A DNA stretch of 64,000 nucleotides from an uncultured Alphaproteobacteria bacterium. Its GTDB lineage: Bacteria > Pseudomonadota > Alphaproteobacteria > HIMB59 > GCA-002718135. The first letter of the stretch is position 1, and each line of letters starts with the position of its first letter. The stretch spans positions 68,936 to 132,935 of the forward strand of contig CACMRK010000002.1 in assembly GCA_902616075.1 (NCBI GenBank). The letters run 5' to 3'. Below the pieces are notes generated by a model. That model saw only the letters and a program-made list of their open reading frames with translations, had not been told where the DNA came from and did not search any database. Positions 9,309-23,716 of this stretch are shown here, piece after piece. A program made the translations under genes and the position numbers.

Positions 9309-9735
9309 AATAGTTGTTGTCAGTGGAGGTTTTGACCCAATTCACAGTGGTCATATAAAATTAATTAAAGAAGCTGCTAAACATGGTGAAGTTGTAGTTT
9401 TGCTAAATTCTGATTTATGGCTTCAAAAAAAGAAAGGTAAGGAATTTCTTCCTTTTATTGAAAGAACTATAATTATGAATGAGTTAAAAAATGTTATTGA
9501 TGTTATAGAATTTGATGACGGAGATAAAACGTGCATCGATGGTCTTAAAAAAGTAAAAAATAAATATCCAAAATCAATTATTAAATTTGCAAATGGAGGT
9601 GATAGAAATAATAACACAACACCAGAATCAATATTCTGTGAAAAAAACAATATAGAGTTACTTTGGGGTATAGGTGGTGACAATAAATCAAATTCTAGTT
9701 CATGGATTTTACAAAAATGGAAAGAAGATAATTAA
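9301..9735 (+). CDS. Standalone cytidylyltransferase-like nucleotidyltransferase
   Basis: SGGFDPIHSGH (HxGH), FANGGDR, KSNSSS motifs. Confidence 0.85.
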   Translation: MREIVVVSGGFDPIHSGHIKLIKEAAKHGEVVVLLNSDLWLQKKKGKEFLPFIERTIIMNELKNVIDVIEFDDGDKTCIDGLKKVKNKYPKSIIKFANGGDRNNNTTPESIFCEKNNIELLWGIGGDNKSNSSSWILQKWKEDN

Positions 9736-10337
9736 GGATATAATTTTCTTGTAACCCAACCATCATTTTCCCTACGGAATTCAAGTCTGTCATGCAATCT
9801 AAATGGCATATCTTGCCAAAATTCAATTAATATAGGTGATACTAAGTAACCATTCCAATGTGAAGGTCTTGGTACATCATTATCTGAAAATTTTTTTTCA
9901 AACTCTTCTACTCTTTTAGTTAATGTCGATCTATCATCTAGTTCTTCTGACTGTAATGAAGCCCAAGCTCCTATTCTACTTCCTAGTGGCCTTGAATTAT
10001 AATATTCATCAGCTTCAGCGTTTGAAATTTGTGAAACATTACCTTCTATTCTTATTTGTCTTTGAAGTGTTTTCCAATGAAAGTTTAAAGCTACACTATC
10101 GTTGTTTTGAATTGCTCTACCTTTTTTGCTATTTGAATTTGTGTAAAAAACAAACCCTTTATCATCATATGATTTAAGTAAAACAATTCGAGAGCTGGGT
10201 TTGCCATCAGAAGATATAGTAGCAAGGTTCATAGCATTTGGATCATTGATTTCACTTTTCTTTGCCTCTTCAAACCATTCTTGAAAAAGTTCAATTGGTT
10301 TTTTATCAGAATTTATTAATTTTTGATTTGATTGCAT
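9732..10337 (-). CDS. pdxH: Pyridoxamine 5'-phosphate oxidase
   Basis: RIVLLK, FYTN..SKKG, RQIRIEG, EFWQ....RLHDR. Confidence 0.96.
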   Translation of the reverse strand: MQSNQKLINSDKKPIELFQEWFEEAKKSEINDPNAMNLATISSDGKPSSRIVLLKSYDDKGFVFYTNSNSKKGRAIQNNDSVALNFHWKTLQRQIRIEGNVSQISNAEADEYYNSRPLGSRIGAWASLQSEELDDRSTLTKRVEEFEKKFSDNDVPRPSHWNGYLVSPILIEFWQDMPFRLHDRLEFRRENDGWVTRKLYP

Positions 10338-10405
10338 ATTATAGATATGAATATTATTTTATAAGTATATATATCTATATTTATAAAAAAACACTGATTT
10401 ACAAT

Positions 10406-11233
10406 ATGTTGATGCAAAATAAAAAAGGTCTGATTATGGGAGTGGCAAATGACAGATCTATTGCTTGGGGTATTGCGAAAAAATTAGCAGAACAGGGAGC
10501 AGAAATTGCACTTACTTATCAAGGAGAAGCTCTTAAGAAAAGAGTTCAGCCACTTGCAGAAGAAATAGGGTCTAACACTATTATTCCTTGTGATGTTTCA
10601 GACTCACAAAGTATGAATAACGTTTTTGAAACACTTAAAAATAAATGGGGTGAATTAGATTTTCTTGTTCATGGAATTGGTTTTTCTAACAAAGATGAAT
10701 TAAGAGGTAAATATTACAATACATCTTCTGATAATTTTAAACAAACTATGCATATATCATGTTATTCTTTTACAGAAGCTTGTAGGCTAGCAGAACCTTT
10801 AATGAATAATGGTGGATCAATTTTAACTTTAACATATTATGGATCAGAACAAGTTATGCCTCATTATAATGTTATGGGAGTTGCAAAAGCAGCTTTAGAG
10901 GCAAGTGTTAGATATTTAGCAGTTGATTTGGGAGAAAAAAATATAAGAGTTAATGCTATTAGTGCTGGGCCAATTAAAACTTTGGCAGCATCAGGAATAG
11001 GTGATTTTAGATTTATTCTAAAATGGAATGAGCTTAATGCTCCACTTAAAAGAAATGTAAATCAGCAAGATGTTGGAAATTCTGCTTTGTATCTCTTAAG
11101 TGATCTTGGGAGTGCCGTTACTGGTGAGATACAACATGTCGATTGTGGCTATCATACTGTAGGAATGGTTGCAGTTGATGAGAGTGAAAGTGTTTCAGAA
11201 TTATTAGGTGAATTTACAAATTCTAAAAAATGA
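10406..11233 (+). CDS. fabI: Enoyl-ACP reductase FabI
   Basis: [37 protein letters not shown]. Start trimmed to ATG 10406 because the ORF-track extension overlaps pdxH. Confidence 0.95.
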   Translation: MLMQNKKGLIMGVANDRSIAWGIAKKLAEQGAEIALTYQGEALKKRVQPLAEEIGSNTIIPCDVSDSQSMNNVFETLKNKWGELDFLVHGIGFSNKDELRGKYYNTSSDNFKQTMHISCYSFTEACRLAEPLMNNGGSILTLTYYGSEQVMPHYNVMGVAKAALEASVRYLAVDLGEKNIRVNAISAGPIKTLAASGIGDFRFILKWNELNAPLKRNVNQQDVGNSALYLLSDLGSAVTGEIQHVDCGYHTVGMVAVDESESVSELLGEFTNSKK

Positions 11234-12300
11234 CTTCTAATTCAATAGGAAAAATCTTTAACTTTACTACATGGGGAGAAAGCCATGGTAAAGCTATTGG
11301 TTGTGTTGTCGATGGAGTGCCATCAAACATAAATTTAACTGAAAAAGATATTCAACCCTATTTAGATAAAAGAAAACCTGGTCAGTCAAAATTTACAACT
11401 CAAAGAAAAGAAGACGATAAAGTTGAAATACTATCTGGAACTTTTGAGGGAAAAACAACAGGTCATCCTATTTCTCTAATTATCTACAATAAAGATCAGA
11501 GATCAAAAGATTATGGTGATATCAAAAGTAAATTTAGACCAGGTCATGCAGATTATACATATTGGAAAAAATATGGCATAAGAGATTATAGGGGTGGTGG
11601 TAGATCTAGTGCTAGAGAAACTGCAATGAGAGTAGCAGCAGGGGCAATAGCAAGAAAAATCATAAAAAATAAAATTAAAAATCAAGTTGTAATAACAGGT
11701 GCATTAATTCAAATAGGTAATCATAAAATTAATTATGATAATTGGAATAATAATTTTATTCCAAAAAATAATTTTTGGAGTCCTGATAAAGAAATTATAA
11801 AAATATGGGAAAACGAAATAAAAACTGCAAGAAAATCTGGTTCCTCTTTAGGTGCAATAATTGAAATTAGAGTAAAAGGTTTACCAGCTGGATTAGGAGA
11901 ACCTATTTATGAAAAAATAGACTCTGATATTGCTAAGGCATTAATGTCTATTAATGCTGTTAAGGGAGTAGAAATGGGAAACGGATTTAGCAGTGTTTAT
12001 GAAACTGGAATTTCTAATGTTGATGAAATGAGAATAAAAAATAAAAAACCTTTATTTCTTTCAAATAATAATGGTGGAGTTCTTGGGGGTATTACAACGG
12101 GCCAAGAATTAATTACTAGATTTGTAGTAAAACCTACAAGCTCAATATTATCCCCAAAAAAAACAATTAATACAAAATTAAAAGAAACAACAATATCTAC
12201 TAAAGGTCGTCATGATCCATGTGTTGGTATAAGAGCTGTTCCTGTTGGTGAAGCAATGGTTGCCACAACTATAGCTGATCATTGTTTAAGATTTCTTTAA
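11230..12300 (+). CDS. aroC: Chorismate synthase
   Basis: [27 protein letters not shown]. Confidence 0.97.
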   Translation: MTSNSIGKIFNFTTWGESHGKAIGCVVDGVPSNINLTEKDIQPYLDKRKPGQSKFTTQRKEDDKVEILSGTFEGKTTGHPISLIIYNKDQRSKDYGDIKSKFRPGHADYTYWKKYGIRDYRGGGRSSARETAMRVAAGAIARKIIKNKIKNQVVITGALIQIGNHKINYDNWNNNFIPKNNFWSPDKEIIKIWENEIKTARKSGSSLGAIIEIRVKGLPAGLGEPIYEKIDSDIAKALMSINAVKGVEMGNGFSSVYETGISNVDEMRIKNKKPLFLSNNNGGVLGGITTGQELITRFVVKPTSSILSPKKTINTKLKETTISTKGRHDPCVGIRAVPVGEAMVATTIADHCLRFL

Positions 12301-13035
12301 AATACTATAAATCAAAAATTCTTTATTTCCTTTTGGTCCTGTTATTGGACTTTCAACTAAACCTACAACTTCAGCCTTAATTGTTTTTTTAAACCAATTC
12401 GATATATCATTACATACTTGTTCATGAATCAATGGATCTTTCACAATACCTTTTTTCAAATTTATTTTATTAGTTTCAAATTGAGGCTTAATTAGTGAAA
12501 TAATCTCAGCTTTACCTGATAAAAGCTTCAGACTAGGTTCTATTACCTTTGTTAGACTAATGAAACTAACATCACAGACTACTAAATTAATTTTTTCATG
12601 AATTATTGAGTTATCTAAATATTTTGCATTAAAATTTTCTATACTAATAATTTTTTTTTCTTTTTTTAATTTTTCATGAAGTTGATTTGTACCTACATCA
12701 ATAGAATATATTTTTTTAGCGTTTTTTTTTAAAAGAACTTCAGTGAATCCACCAGTTGATGAACCGATATCTAGACAAATTTTATTTTCAATATCAATCT
12801 TAAAATGATCAATCGCTTTGAGTAATTTGAATGCACCTCTTGATACCCATGTAGGATGTAGTTGTTTAATTTTTATTTTTGAGTTTTCATTAAAACTGTT
12901 ACCACTTTTGGTAATAATTTTATCGTTTACATAAACTTGACCGGCCATAATCATAGATTGGGCCTTTGATTTAGTATCAGCTAAGTTTCTATCAATTAAA
13001 AGCTGATCAAGTCTTATTTTTAGATTTTTACTCAA
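12286..13035 (-). CDS. tlyA: TlyA family rRNA 2'-O-methyltransferase
   Basis: S4 domain, [42 protein letters not shown]. Confidence 0.95.
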   Translation of the reverse strand: MSKNLKIRLDQLLIDRNLADTKSKAQSMIMAGQVYVNDKIITKSGNSFNENSKIKIKQLHPTWVSRGAFKLLKAIDHFKIDIENKICLDIGSSTGGFTEVLLKKNAKKIYSIDVGTNQLHEKLKKEKKIISIENFNAKYLDNSIIHEKINLVVCDVSFISLTKVIEPSLKLLSGKAEIISLIKPQFETNKINLKKGIVKDPLIHEQVCNDISNWFKKTIKAEVVGLVESPITGPKGNKEFLIYSILKKS

Positions 13036-13044
13036 ATTTGAAAA

Positions 13045-13263
13045 TTACTTAAAATCTTCTTTTGTAACTTTATTGTTTTCTTGCTTAATTTTTTTAATTT
13101 GGCTTTCAATACTTTTTAATTTTTCCTCACATGCTTTTTTTAAATTCATTCCTTCTTCGTAAAGTTTTACAGACTCTTCTAAATCAACTTCACCATTTTC
13201 TAATTTCTCTACAATAGACTCAAGTTTTTTTAAATTATTTTCAAAATTATTATCTTTATTCAT
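13045..13263 (-). CDS. xseB: Exodeoxyribonuclease VII small subunit
   Basis: FE..L.KLE.IV..LE.G...LEES...YEEG pattern. Confidence 0.93.
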   Translation of the reverse strand: MNKDNNFENNLKKLESIVEKLENGEVDLEESVKLYEEGMNLKKACEEKLKSIESQIKKIKQENNKVTKEDFK

Positions 13264-13549
13264 TAGATGTATCTATTTTTGTAATATTTGATGTTTCTAT
13301 ATCATATATTAAAGCATAAATTTTATCATTACTTTTTATTGTAAACAAAATCCGATTATTATCAATCATATCTATATCTGTAATTTTGTGCCCTTTTTCT
13401 AAATTTAAATTATATTCAATTAAATTTGTTTCTAAATTACTTTGTTTTTTTGTTGTTTTTATATACAAACCATAAACTAGAGCTAAAAAACAAATAACAA
13501 TTAATATACCTAAAAATATTACAATAAATTTAAGAATTTTTTGAGACAT
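13256..13549 (-). CDS. Hypothetical single-pass membrane protein
   Basis: N-terminal TM helix; divergent from rluD and overlaps the xseB start. Confidence 0.7.
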   Translation of the reverse strand: MSQKILKFIVIFLGILIVICFLALVYGLYIKTTKKQSNLETNLIEYNLNLEKGHKITDIDMIDNNRILFTIKSNDKIYALIYDIETSNITKIDTSNE

Positions 13550-14519
13550 GAACGAATTCTATAATCTTAAATTAACTATAAATAAAGAATTAAGTTCACA
13601 AAGATTAGATAAAGTGCTCGTTTCAAAATTGGAAGGATATTCAAGAACACAAATTAAAACTTTAATATTAAATGGCAATGTATGTCTTGATGAAAAGGAA
13701 ATAAAAGATCCATCTTACATAACTAAAGAAAATGAAAATTACTTTATAAATATTATCTTAAAGCAAGAAACAAAACATTCAGCTGAAAATATAGACTTAA
13801 ACATTATTTTTGAAGATGAAGATTTAATTGTTATAAATAAACCTCCAAATTTAGTAATGCATCCAGCTCCTGGAAATGAAAGCGGCACTCTTGTGAATGC
13901 TCTTATGCATTACACTAATAATCAACTAAGTAGTTTAGATGATAATGCTAGACCAGGAATAGTCCATCGTTTAGATAAGGATACGAGTGGAATTCTTGTT
14001 GTTGCAAAAAATAATAATGTTCATATTAATTTAGCCGAACAATTCAAAGAACATACAATATCTCGTAGATATAAAGCAATAGTTTGGGGAACTCCTGATA
14101 ATCAATCAATTGAAGGGTATATAGAGAGAAATAGAAAAAATAGAAAAAAAATGAGTTTAAATAATAAGGGTTTTGGAAAATATTCTAAAACCGATATTAA
14201 ATTAGAAAAAACTTTTGGTATTGCTAGTTTAGTTGACTGTCATTTACATACTGGAAGAACGCATCAAATTAGACTTCATTTAACTTCTAAAAATTCTCCA
14301 ATCATTGGTGATAAGATTTATGGAAAAAGTAAAATTAATCAATTTGGAAAAGATAAAAATACATTTAATAAATTCATGATTTTAAAAAATTTTGAAAGAC
14401 AGGCATTGCATGCTTATCATCTTGGTTTTGATCATCCTACATCAAAAAAAAGGATGGATTTTGATATTGAAATTCCTGAAGATTTTAAGAATTTAATTGA
14501 ATTATTGCTTAAATATTAA
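13548..14519 (+). CDS. rluD: RluA/RluD family pseudouridine synthase
   Basis: S4 domain, HPAPG, GIVHRLDKDTSG, TGRTHQIR, QALHA. Confidence 0.93.
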   Translation: MNEFYNLKLTINKELSSQRLDKVLVSKLEGYSRTQIKTLILNGNVCLDEKEIKDPSYITKENENYFINIILKQETKHSAENIDLNIIFEDEDLIVINKPPNLVMHPAPGNESGTLVNALMHYTNNQLSSLDDNARPGIVHRLDKDTSGILVVAKNNNVHINLAEQFKEHTISRRYKAIVWGTPDNQSIEGYIERNRKNRKKMSLNNKGFGKYSKTDIKLEKTFGIASLVDCHLHTGRTHQIRLHLTSKNSPIIGDKIYGKSKINQFGKDKNTFNKFMILKNFERQALHAYHLGFDHPTSKKRMDFDIEIPEDFKNLIELLLKY

Positions 14520-14549
14520 ATTATATTTTATTTGTGATATAGGCGTATT

Positions 14550-17777
<3,228 letters not shown>

Positions 17778-17785
<8 letters not shown>

Positions 17786-19133
17786 GATAGGGCCTTACTA
17801 ATCTTTTTATTTCTAAAGACTTCTTTTTAACCTCAGTAATTTCTGGACCTTCAACTAGTATTCTAACTAATGGTTCAGTTCCAGATAACCTTACAAGAGA
17901 TCTTATTTTTTTATTATTATATAATTTATCATTCTTTAACTTATCAAGAATTTTTAACAGTTTGGTATTCTTTGTTTTATAATTTAAATTAATTTTTTCT
18001 TGAGCAAAATCATTGTACAAATCAAAAAGTTTGCTGGCCTTATTCTTATTTGATATCAAAATTTCAGTAATTTTTAGAGCTGCTAAAATTCCATCACCAG
18101 TATTAGAATGTTCTGACAAGATTATATGTCCTGATTGTTCACCACCTATCATAGATTTAGATTTTTTCATTTGATTTATAACGTTTATATCTCCAACAGT
18201 TGTCCGTTTAATATTTAATTTTAATTTATTTGTAAGATAATTTTCTAATCCCATGTTAGACATGACTGTAATAATAACATCATGTTGATTAGATTTTTTC
18301 TTAGGTTTTACATAACTTTTACATAGCAATCCTATAATCTTATCACCATCAACTTCTTTTCCTTCTTCATCTACAACTATTAATCTATCTCCATCACCAT
18401 CAAATGCAAATCCAATATCTGCCTTTTCTTTTAAGACATTTTCTGAAAGTGATTTAACGTCAACTGCGCCACAATTTTTATTAATATTCAAACCATCGGG
18501 ATTATTATTTATGGCTATTACATTATGACCTAATTCCCAAAATAAGTTTGGGGCTATATTGTATGTAGCTCCATTCGCACAATCTAAAACAATTTTTAAT
18601 TTTTTCTTGGATGACGTTTTATTTAAAGTGCTCTTTAAAAATTCTGAGTACCTGCCTGAAGCATCTTCTAATCTTTTTGCATTTCCAGATACAAATGTGT
18701 TGTTTGTTACTTTAGAATATTTTTTATTATTTAAAACTATATTTTCAACCTTTTGCTCTATTGATGAACTTAATTTTGTTCCAGTGCTATCAAAAAATTT
18801 AAGTCCATTATATTCATATGTATTATGAGAAGCTGTAATCATTACACCAATATCAGCTCTTAACGTTTTAATCATTAATGGTACAGCAGGTGTAGGAAGT
18901 GGTCCAACTAAAATTACATCCATACCCATAGAAATAAATCCAGCTGTAACAAGAGGTTCATATAAATATCCAGATAATCTTGTGTCTTTACAAATGACAA
19001 CTCTGCTATTTTTAGAATTTTTCTTTTTGAGAAGGAATGCAACAGTCTTTGAAATTTTTAGACAAGTTTCAGCAGTAAGAGGTTCTTTATTAACTAAGCA
19101 CCGTATACCGTCGGTACCAAATATTTTAGACAT
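17778..19133 (-). CDS. glmM: Phosphoglucosamine mutase
   Basis: FGTDGIR, TASHN, DGDGDR, GGEQSGH, RLSGTEP. Confidence 0.96.
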
Positions 19134-19177
19134 TCATGTCTTTTATTCAAAAAAATAAATAAAGTGAAGTAATTAAA

Positions 19178-21079
19178 TTAGTTTGCTGGTGCAGGAGCTG
19201 ATCCACCTGTCTTTGGAACAGAGGTAGCAGGTTTTTTTGGTGTATTTACATCATTATCAAAATCATCACGAGTTGGCTTTATACCTTTTATTAAATCTTT
19301 AATTTCATCACCCGATAATGTTTCATACTCTAAAAGACCTTTAGCAACTATATGCAGTTCTTCAATATTATCTTGAAGAATTTTTCTACAATTATTTTCA
19401 GCTTCTTCTGCAAGAGACCTAACCTCTTCATCAATTAGTTTTGCTGTAGAGTCGGACAAATTTTTTGATTGTGCAACAGAATGCCCAAGGAAAACCTCCT
19501 CACTGTCACTGTTATATCTCAGACGGCCTAATTTTTCACTCATACCCCATTCAGTGATCATTTTTTTTGATAGATTTGTCACCATTTGTATATCGCTTGC
19601 TGCACCATTTGTAATTTTATCTTTACCAAAGATCATTTCTTCTGCAATTCTTCCTCCGGTAGCTATTAATAAATGCGCTTTCATTTGATCTTTTCTCATA
19701 GACAGCTGATCTTTTTCTGGGAGTCTCATAACCATACCTAAGGCTCTGCCTCTTGGAATTATAGTTGCTTTATGAATTGGATCGGAGGCTGGTGAGTGAA
19801 GGGTTGCTACTGCATGACCAGCTTCATGATAAGCTGTAAGTTTTTTTTCATCTTCTGACATGACCATAGATCTTTTTTCAGCACCCATCATCACTTTATC
19901 TTTAGCACTTTCAAAATCCTCAAGAGTAACCATTCTTTTATTTTTTCTAGCAGCTAATAATGCTGCTTCATTAACTAAATTTGCTAAATCAGCTCCAGAA
20001 AAGCCTGGTGTTCCCCTTGCAATAATTTTTGAATCAAATTTTGGCGAAACTTTAATTTTTTTAATATGAACTTTAAGTATTTTGTCTCTTCCCATTACAT
20101 CGGGATTATTAACTGTTATTTGACGATCAAATCTTCCTGGTCTAAGCAATGCTGGATCAAGGACGTCTGGTCTATTTGTTGCAGCAATAATAATTACACC
20201 TGCATTTGCTTCAAAGCCATCCATTTCCACAAGAAGTTGATTAAGAGTTTGTTCTCTTTCGTCATTTCCGCCACCAAGACCAGCGCCACGGTGTCTTCCA
20301 ACAGCATCAATTTCATCAATAAAAACTATACAAGGTGCATTTTTTTTACCTTGTTCAAACATATCTCTAACTCTACTAGCTCCGACACCTACAAACATTT
20401 CAACAAAATCTGATCCTGAAATAGAGAAGAACGGAACATTCGCCTCACCTGCAATTGCCCTTGCAAGTAAAGTTTTTCCTGTACCTGGAGGACCTACAAG
20501 AAGTGCACCTCTTGGTATCTTACCACCTAATCTGGAAAATTTTGAGGGATCTTTTAAAAATTCGACAACTTCTTCTAATTCTTGTTTAGCTTCATCAATA
20601 CCTGCAACATCGTCAAATGTAACTTTACCAACTGCTTCATTTAATAATTTAGCTTTTGATTTACCAAAGCCCATTGCTTTTCCACCACCACCTTGCATCT
20701 GGCGCATAAAGAAAATCCAAACTCCAATTAATAGAAGCATTGGAAACCACGATAGCAATACACTCAAAAGTGGATGCATTGATCTTTCGGAGGGCTCAGC
20801 AGTAATCTTCACGCCACTTTCATTTAATTTATCTACCAAATTAGGATAATTAGGGACATATGTGCTAAATGATCGTCCGTCGTTTAGAAACCCTGTAACG
20901 TTGCTTCCATTGATATTAACTTCAGAAACATTTCCACTTTCTGTTGCAGCAATGAAGTCAGAAAAGGAAATTTTTGAAGTATTTCTATTGTTAGAACTTC
21001 CTTGGAAAAGATTGAAAAGCACAATTAAAAGCAATCCAATTATAATCCATAATACAACGTTTTTACTGATGTTTTTCAT
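19178..21079 (-). CDS. ftsH: ATP-dependent zinc metalloprotease FtsH
   Basis: [13 protein letters not shown], second region of homology, HEAGH zinc motif, two N-terminal TM helices. Confidence 0.98.
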   Translation of the reverse strand: MKNISKNVVLWIIIGLLLIVLFNLFQGSSNNRNTSKISFSDFIAATESGNVSEVNINGSNVTGFLNDGRSFSTYVPNYPNLVDKLNESGVKITAEPSERSMHPLLSVLLSWFPMLLLIGVWIFFMRQMQGGGGKAMGFGKSKAKLLNEAVGKVTFDDVAGIDEAKQELEEVVEFLKDPSKFSRLGGKIPRGALLVGPPGTGKTLLARAIAGEANVPFFSISGSDFVEMFVGVGASRVRDMFEQGKKNAPCIVFIDEIDAVGRHRGAGLGGGNDEREQTLNQLLVEMDGFEANAGVIIIAATNRPDVLDPALLRPGRFDRQITVNNPDVMGRDKILKVHIKKIKVSPKFDSKIIARGTPGFSGADLANLVNEAALLAARKNKRMVTLEDFESAKDKVMMGAEKRSMVMSEDEKKLTAYHEAGHAVATLHSPASDPIHKATIIPRGRALGMVMRLPEKDQLSMRKDQMKAHLLIATGGRIAEEMIFGKDKITNGAASDIQMVTNLSKKMITEWGMSEKLGRLRYNSDSEEVFLGHSVAQSKNLSDSTAKLIDEEVRSLAEEAENNCRKILQDNIEELHIVAKGLLEYETLSGDEIKDLIKGIKPTRDDFDNDVNTPKKPATSVPKTGGSAPAPAN

Positions 21080-21130
21080 CTATTTAATACATAGGAATTT
21101 ATTATAAAAACACAATAGTTTTGTAGAAAA

Positions 21131-22102
21131 TTAAACAGATTTTCTTGAAAATATAAGAAAATCATCATTTTTTTTAACAATCATACCTTTGAGATTAAAA
21201 ATATTAAAATTTAATTTCTTCATTTCACTTATTAAGATTCTAGTTTTTTTTGATCGAGGAGCGTTAGATTGATAAAATAAAAACTGATATATTCTTCTTA
21301 TAATATTTTCAGAAGCAATTTCATTTAAATTTTTTATATTATGAGGGCTAATAACAATTTGTTTACTGTCAACATGAACAATATTTTTAAGAAGTATCTC
21401 AAGTATCATTTGAATGAAATATGGTGAATAAAAAAGTATATTCTCAAAATCTTTATTTATTTCATTAATTGTTTTTTGGTCAGATTTTTTAAGAAAATTT
21501 CTTATTATAGGACGAGTATAATCTAAATTAAAATTTGATGGATCATTAATATATTCTATTTTATTTTTCTTATTATAATTCAATAATGCATCTTTAGAAA
21601 AATTTAAAAGCGGTCTAATTATGCAAACTTTATTATAAAGTGAGAATTCAGACATTGATTTTAAACCGTAAAAATCACTGCCAGCGATCTTTCTATTCAA
21701 AAAAGTTTCTAAATTATCATCTTTGTGATGAGCAATAAATAAATGCAAAAAATTATTTTTAATACAATAATCTGTAAGTAAATTATAACGATTATCTCTA
21801 GCCTCATTCATACTTTTCTTACTCACTTTATCTTTGTTTACAGTTAGAATTTGAGAGTTAATGTTGTTTTTATCCAAGTAGGTAGAAATAAACTTAGCTT
21901 CCTCTTTAGAATTTTTTCTAATACGATGATCTACGATTAAAGCGATCAAGTTTCCTTTTTTGTATTTTATAAAAGCATTTGCGAGGAATAATAATGACAT
22001 ACTATCTGGACCTCCAGAAACTGCCACAGCGACAGAAGGATTTTTTTCAAAAGTATATTTTTTTTCTATGTTTTTAATGAATTCTTTATTTGTGAGCTTC
22101 AT
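21131..22102 (-). CDS. tilS: tRNA(Ile)-lysidine synthetase
   Basis: AVSGGPDS PP-loop, AHHKDDNLET, IRPLL, DPSN; directly upstream of ftsH. Confidence 0.93.
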   Translation of the reverse strand: MKLTNKEFIKNIEKKYTFEKNPSVAVAVSGGPDSMSLLFLANAFIKYKKGNLIALIVDHRIRKNSKEEAKFISTYLDKNNINSQILTVNKDKVSKKSMNEARDNRYNLLTDYCIKNNFLHLFIAHHKDDNLETFLNRKIAGSDFYGLKSMSEFSLYNKVCIIRPLLNFSKDALLNYNKKNKIEYINDPSNFNLDYTRPIIRNFLKKSDQKTINEINKDFENILFYSPYFIQMILEILLKNIVHVDSKQIVISPHNIKNLNEIASENIIRRIYQFLFYQSNAPRSKKTRILISEMKKLNFNIFNLKGMIVKKNDDFLIFSRKSV

Positions 22103-23016
22103 TCATTATTTTCTAAACAATTATACTCAACAATTTGTTTTTTGGTTTGAGGAATTATTTTATTTTTTGGAAAATCAATAATTAATTTTTCCATAGTTTT
22201 ACAAGCCTCAGTAGTTTTTTCCACTTGGTATAATGACTGAGAAAGTTTGAAAAGCATTTCTGCAGCTTTAATACTATCTGGAAATTTTTGAAAACCTTCT
22301 GCAAATACAAGTGCAGCTTCTCTATAATTTTTTTCTAGAATATATAATTCTCCAAGCCAATAATGTGCTGAACCTGATAGTTGATTATCAGGATTGTCTG
22401 AAATAAACTGTTCGAATGAAGTTTTGGCATCCTGCCATTTTTTATTTCTAATATTATCAAATGCTTCTTGGAATTGATCTTCAGGTGATAAGACCTCTTC
22501 TTTTTCATTAGAATTTATTTTCTGATCTTCAGATATAACTTCTTCATTTGTATCATTTGTGTTTTTTGAAATATTTAATGTTCCAAGTGTATTTTCAGTT
22601 TCAGTATCACTTAAAGTATTGCTTTTAACTTCAGAGCTATCTTGTGAAGCTTCATCAGTATTTATTTCAACATTATTTAAAGCAACTGATTGGAAATTAT
22701 TAATAACTAATTCTAAGTTTTCTAACTTATTAAAAATATCGTCTAATTGAAAATACAATTCTTCTAAATTAGAAGTTAAATTTTTAATATCGTTTTCAAT
22801 ATCATATATTCGCAAATCGATAGCAGAAAGATTTTTAACGAAATCATTATTTGTTCCATTTGATTGATTTGGTGAATTTGAAAATACTTCTTTAGAAAGA
22901 TCCGAAACTTCTCTTTGTAACCTTTCTAATTGTTGAGAGATAGTAAGATCATTTTCATTAGAAAAAGCATAACTTGAAAAAAATAAAATTAAAACAGTAA
23001 GTATGTACTTAAACAT
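22099..23016 (-). CDS. cpoB: Tol-Pal system protein CpoB/YbgF
   Basis: Signal peptide, coiled coil, TPR region AHYWLGE; downstream of pal. Confidence 0.9.
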   Translation of the reverse strand: MFKYILTVLILFFSSYAFSNENDLTISQQLERLQREVSDLSKEVFSNSPNQSNGTNNDFVKNLSAIDLRIYDIENDIKNLTSNLEELYFQLDDIFNKLENLELVINNFQSVALNNVEINTDEASQDSSEVKSNTLSDTETENTLGTLNISKNTNDTNEEVISEDQKINSNEKEEVLSPEDQFQEAFDNIRNKKWQDAKTSFEQFISDNPDNQLSGSAHYWLGELYILEKNYREAALVFAEGFQKFPDSIKAAEMLFKLSQSLYQVEKTTEACKTMEKLIIDFPKNKIIPQTKKQIVEYNCLENNE

Positions 23017-23050
23017 TGAATTATTTTAATTTCTAATTGAGATAAAAATG

Positions 23051-23074
23051 TGGCGCTATATTTTTATAGCGCCA
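23051..23074 (-). terminator. Intrinsic terminator hairpin after pal
   Basis: Perfect 10-bp stem TGGCGCTATA-TTTT-TATAGCGCCA, followed on the minus strand by CATTTTT, about 20 nt after the pal stop. Confidence 0.75.
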
Positions 23075-23093
23075 AAGTATTAAGGAATTATAA

Positions 23094-23615
23094 TTAATTA
23101 ACTAAAGTTACTGATCTTCTGTTTTGAGCCCATGCTCCATCATTTGATCCGACAACAGCAGGTCTTTCTTTACCATAACTAATAGTTGAAACTCTGTCAG
23201 GATTTATTCCTAATCCAATTAGGTAATTTTTAACAGCTTGAGCTCTTTTTTCACCTAGAGCTAAGTTATACTCTCTAGTTCCTCTTTCATCACAGTGTCC
23301 TTCAATTGTGACAGAAACATCACTATTTTGCTTAAGCCATGCAACCTGATCTTGAAGTAACTCCAAAGCGTCTGAATCTAAATCTGAACTATCATATCCA
23401 AAAAATACTCTATCACCGACATTAACAATTAAATCTTCCTGTGATCCAGAAACAATTCCACTTCCTGCAGTTTCAGTAATACTTCCTTCTGAAGAAACAT
23501 CACTTCCTGAACTACTTGATCCTGAACCTGAAGAGTCAGCTGAGTCTTTAGGTGTAGTTGCACAAGCGGCAACAAATAAAACCATAAAAATAGAGATAAA
23601 AAACTTGTAAAACAT
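23094..23615 (-). CDS. pal: Peptidoglycan-associated lipoprotein Pal
   Basis: Lipobox VAAC, EGHCDERGTREYNLALGEKRA, SYGKERP, QNRR. Confidence 0.97.
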   Translation of the reverse strand: MFYKFFISIFMVLFVAACATTPKDSADSSGSGSSSSGSDVSSEGSITETAGSGIVSGSQEDLIVNVGDRVFFGYDSSDLDSDALELLQDQVAWLKQNSDVSVTIEGHCDERGTREYNLALGEKRAQAVKNYLIGLGINPDRVSTISYGKERPAVVGSNDGAWAQNRRSVTLVN

Positions 23616-23716
23616 AAATATTTGCTCCCTTAATACTTTGAGTAGATATACTAAATTATTCCTAGTTCCTTAACATTTTTTTCAAAATTTCGTATATTTT
23701 TTTGTATTATATTGAA

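Noticed and set aside
10262-10405. 48-aa N-terminal extension of FabI in the ORF track
   Set aside because: It starts at TTG, overlaps the divergent pdxH and is low-complexity; FabI homology begins at [12 protein letters not shown] (ATG 10406).
23460-23545. Ser/Gly-rich quasi-repeat in pal (SADSSGSGSSSSGSDVSSEGS)
   Set aside because: An ordinary flexible lipoprotein linker, not a DNA repeat element.
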